39,573 nucleotides of DNA from an uncultured Draconibacterium sp. (GTDB lineage: Bacteria > Bacteroidota > Bacteroidia > Bacteroidales > UBA12170): contig CAZTST010000001.1 in NCBI GenBank assembly GCA_964616585.1, positions 1 through 39,573 of the forward strand, read 5' to 3'. The notes beneath the pieces were generated by a model. That model ran no database searches. It saw only the letters and a list, made by a program, of their open reading frames with translations, and had not been told where the DNA came from. Made by a program: the position numbers and the translations under genes. This document shows positions 38,324 through 39,573 of the stretch, piece after piece. Within the stretch, counting starts at the first letter, position 1, and each line of letters starts with the position of its first letter.

Positions 38324-39313
38324 ATGATTTCCGTAAATACTGAGCAATCTAAAAAAATTGGAAAAATCGTAAAAACACTGGAATTCAAACCATCGTTTTA
38401 CGAACGCGATTTTGTCCAAATCCATTCGCCTTTGAAAATGGCGATGCATTTTTATGCAGTGGGTATTTGTCACCAAACCTATAATTTAGCCAATCCTAAA
38501 TTAAATCTTTTTGGTTGGGATTTTATGGAATATGGTTTTTTAGATATCCTTAAAAACGATCCTTATCTTCTCAATTCCAATGAAATAGTAAAATTATCTC
38601 GTCATAAATTAATCCAAAGAATAAAACCTTTTTTTGCCGAAGATAATATTCCGGAAAAATGCACACTCGACAATCTGGAAGAGCGAGCCGATTTATGGTT
38701 GGATATGGCTAAAAAGTTGAATAAACATTTCGATGGAAAAGTAGAAAACATTTTCAATCAAAATGATTGGAAATCAAATCAAAACGCGGAGAATTTATAT
38801 TCACAATTTCGTTTATTTGAAGCTTATTCTGATCCTCTTCAAAAAAAATCAGGTGTATTCTTAAAATTAATTGCAGATGCAGGATTAGTAAATCTTGACC
38901 AACTAATAAATGTGATTCCAATTATGGATTATCATATGCAAAGAGTATTGCTTAGAACCGGATGTATAGAAGTTAATAACGAAGAATTAAAAACTAAATT
39001 ACAAAAACGGCAAACAATTTCTGATGACCAAGCTCTTAGAAAAGCTTGCATAAATGCGATGAAAATTATTGCTGAAATATCTGATTATCATTTATTTAAA
39101 ATGAACGATGTTTTCTATACTTTAGGAAGAAGTTGTTGTAATGAAGCAACATTATGTCGAAATCATGTTTGCGAAAAAACACCTTGCACTTTAACACGAG
39201 CTCTTGTTTTGGAAACTCATAGCAGATGTATTTTCGAAGATGTATGTTTTGGAGCGAAAAATGATGATTATCATAAGTTTTGGCAACCGATAGTTCAAAC
39301 TCATTTTTATTAG
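38324..39313 (+). CDS. HhH-GPD / queuosine-salvage-like N-glycosylase-fold protein with Cys-rich C-terminus
   Basis: FEAYSDPLQKKS, IPIMDYHMQRVLLRTGCI, LGRSCC...C...C...C...CIFEDVC. Confidence 0.6.
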   Translation: MISVNTEQSKKIGKIVKTLEFKPSFYERDFVQIHSPLKMAMHFYAVGICHQTYNLANPKLNLFGWDFMEYGFLDILKNDPYLLNSNEIVKLSRHKLIQRIKPFFAEDNIPEKCTLDNLEERADLWLDMAKKLNKHFDGKVENIFNQNDWKSNQNAENLYSQFRLFEAYSDPLQKKSGVFLKLIADAGLVNLDQLINVIPIMDYHMQRVLLRTGCIEVNNEELKTKLQKRQTISDDQALRKACINAMKIIAEISDYHLFKMNDVFYTLGRSCCNEATLCRNHVCEKTPCTLTRALVLETHSRCIFEDVCFGAKNDDYHKFWQPIVQTHFY

Positions 39314-39482
39314 TACGTTGCAACTATGCTATAGGAGAATTAGCTAAACTAATTAGAATCAGCACCTTTAAACTTAAATATAACTATGATGTTTAATGTT
39401 TTTTTATAGCATAAAGACAGTATTTTGTTGTATTTTAGTTTGTTGATTTAGAATTAATCTTAGACATCGTATCCATAGACTT

Positions 39483-39573
39483 TGCACCCTTCGACTCCGC
39501 TCAGGGTGCACCCGCTCGTCGAGCGAAGTCGAGATTGTTCATCGAGCGAAGTCGAGATTGTTCATCGAGCGAA
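39483..39573. repeat. REP-like element plus 23-bp tandem repeat (TCGAGCGAAGTCGAGATTGTTCA), running off the window end
   Basis: Hairpin TGCACCCT-TCGACTCCGCTC-AGGGTGCA; units start at 39519, 39542 and 39565 (partial) and are complementary to the CTTCGACTCCGCTC motif. Confidence 0.8.

Noticed and set aside
39519-39573. Possible CRISPR array
   Set aside because: The units are contiguous and identical with no unique spacers, and no cas genes are present.

Overview
AT-rich bacterial chromosomal window, very likely Bacteroidota/Bacteroidales (TAnnTTTG promoters, tmRNA tag GENNYALAA, surface lipoprotein with TonB-dependent receptors). Left part: central metabolism and RNA genes, namely a 5'-truncated monomeric NADP-IDH, a decayed IS4 element next to tRNA-Arg(CCG) and tmRNA, flavodoxin with a fused E1 alpha/beta 2-oxoacid dehydrogenase, a ~130-bp deletion scar of a second (dimeric) IDH, a eukaryote-like citrate synthase and yjbQ. 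Next is a ~1540-aa protein joining an acyl-adenylate-forming domain, an apparent pseudokinase and a C-terminal GNAT. A minus-strand envelope block follows: DUF2723/TMEM260-like glycosyltransferase, methyltransferase, an apparently permuted thioredoxin-like protein, CapA, M23 peptidase, NPP phosphodiesterase, and two paralogous TonB-dependent receptors with a DUF5017-like lipoprotein. The right part holds valS, DUF2007, nhaC, a Mo/[2Fe-2S] xanthine-dehydrogenase-family gene and an HhH/Q-salvage-like Cys-rich protein. Several REP-like repeats are present and no CRISPR array is seen. The best novelty candidates are the ANL-pseudokinase-GNAT fusion, a possible SusD-less nucleic-acid/nucleotide uptake locus, and the IDH displacement scar. 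All family assignments come from motif recognition by eye; no searches were run.
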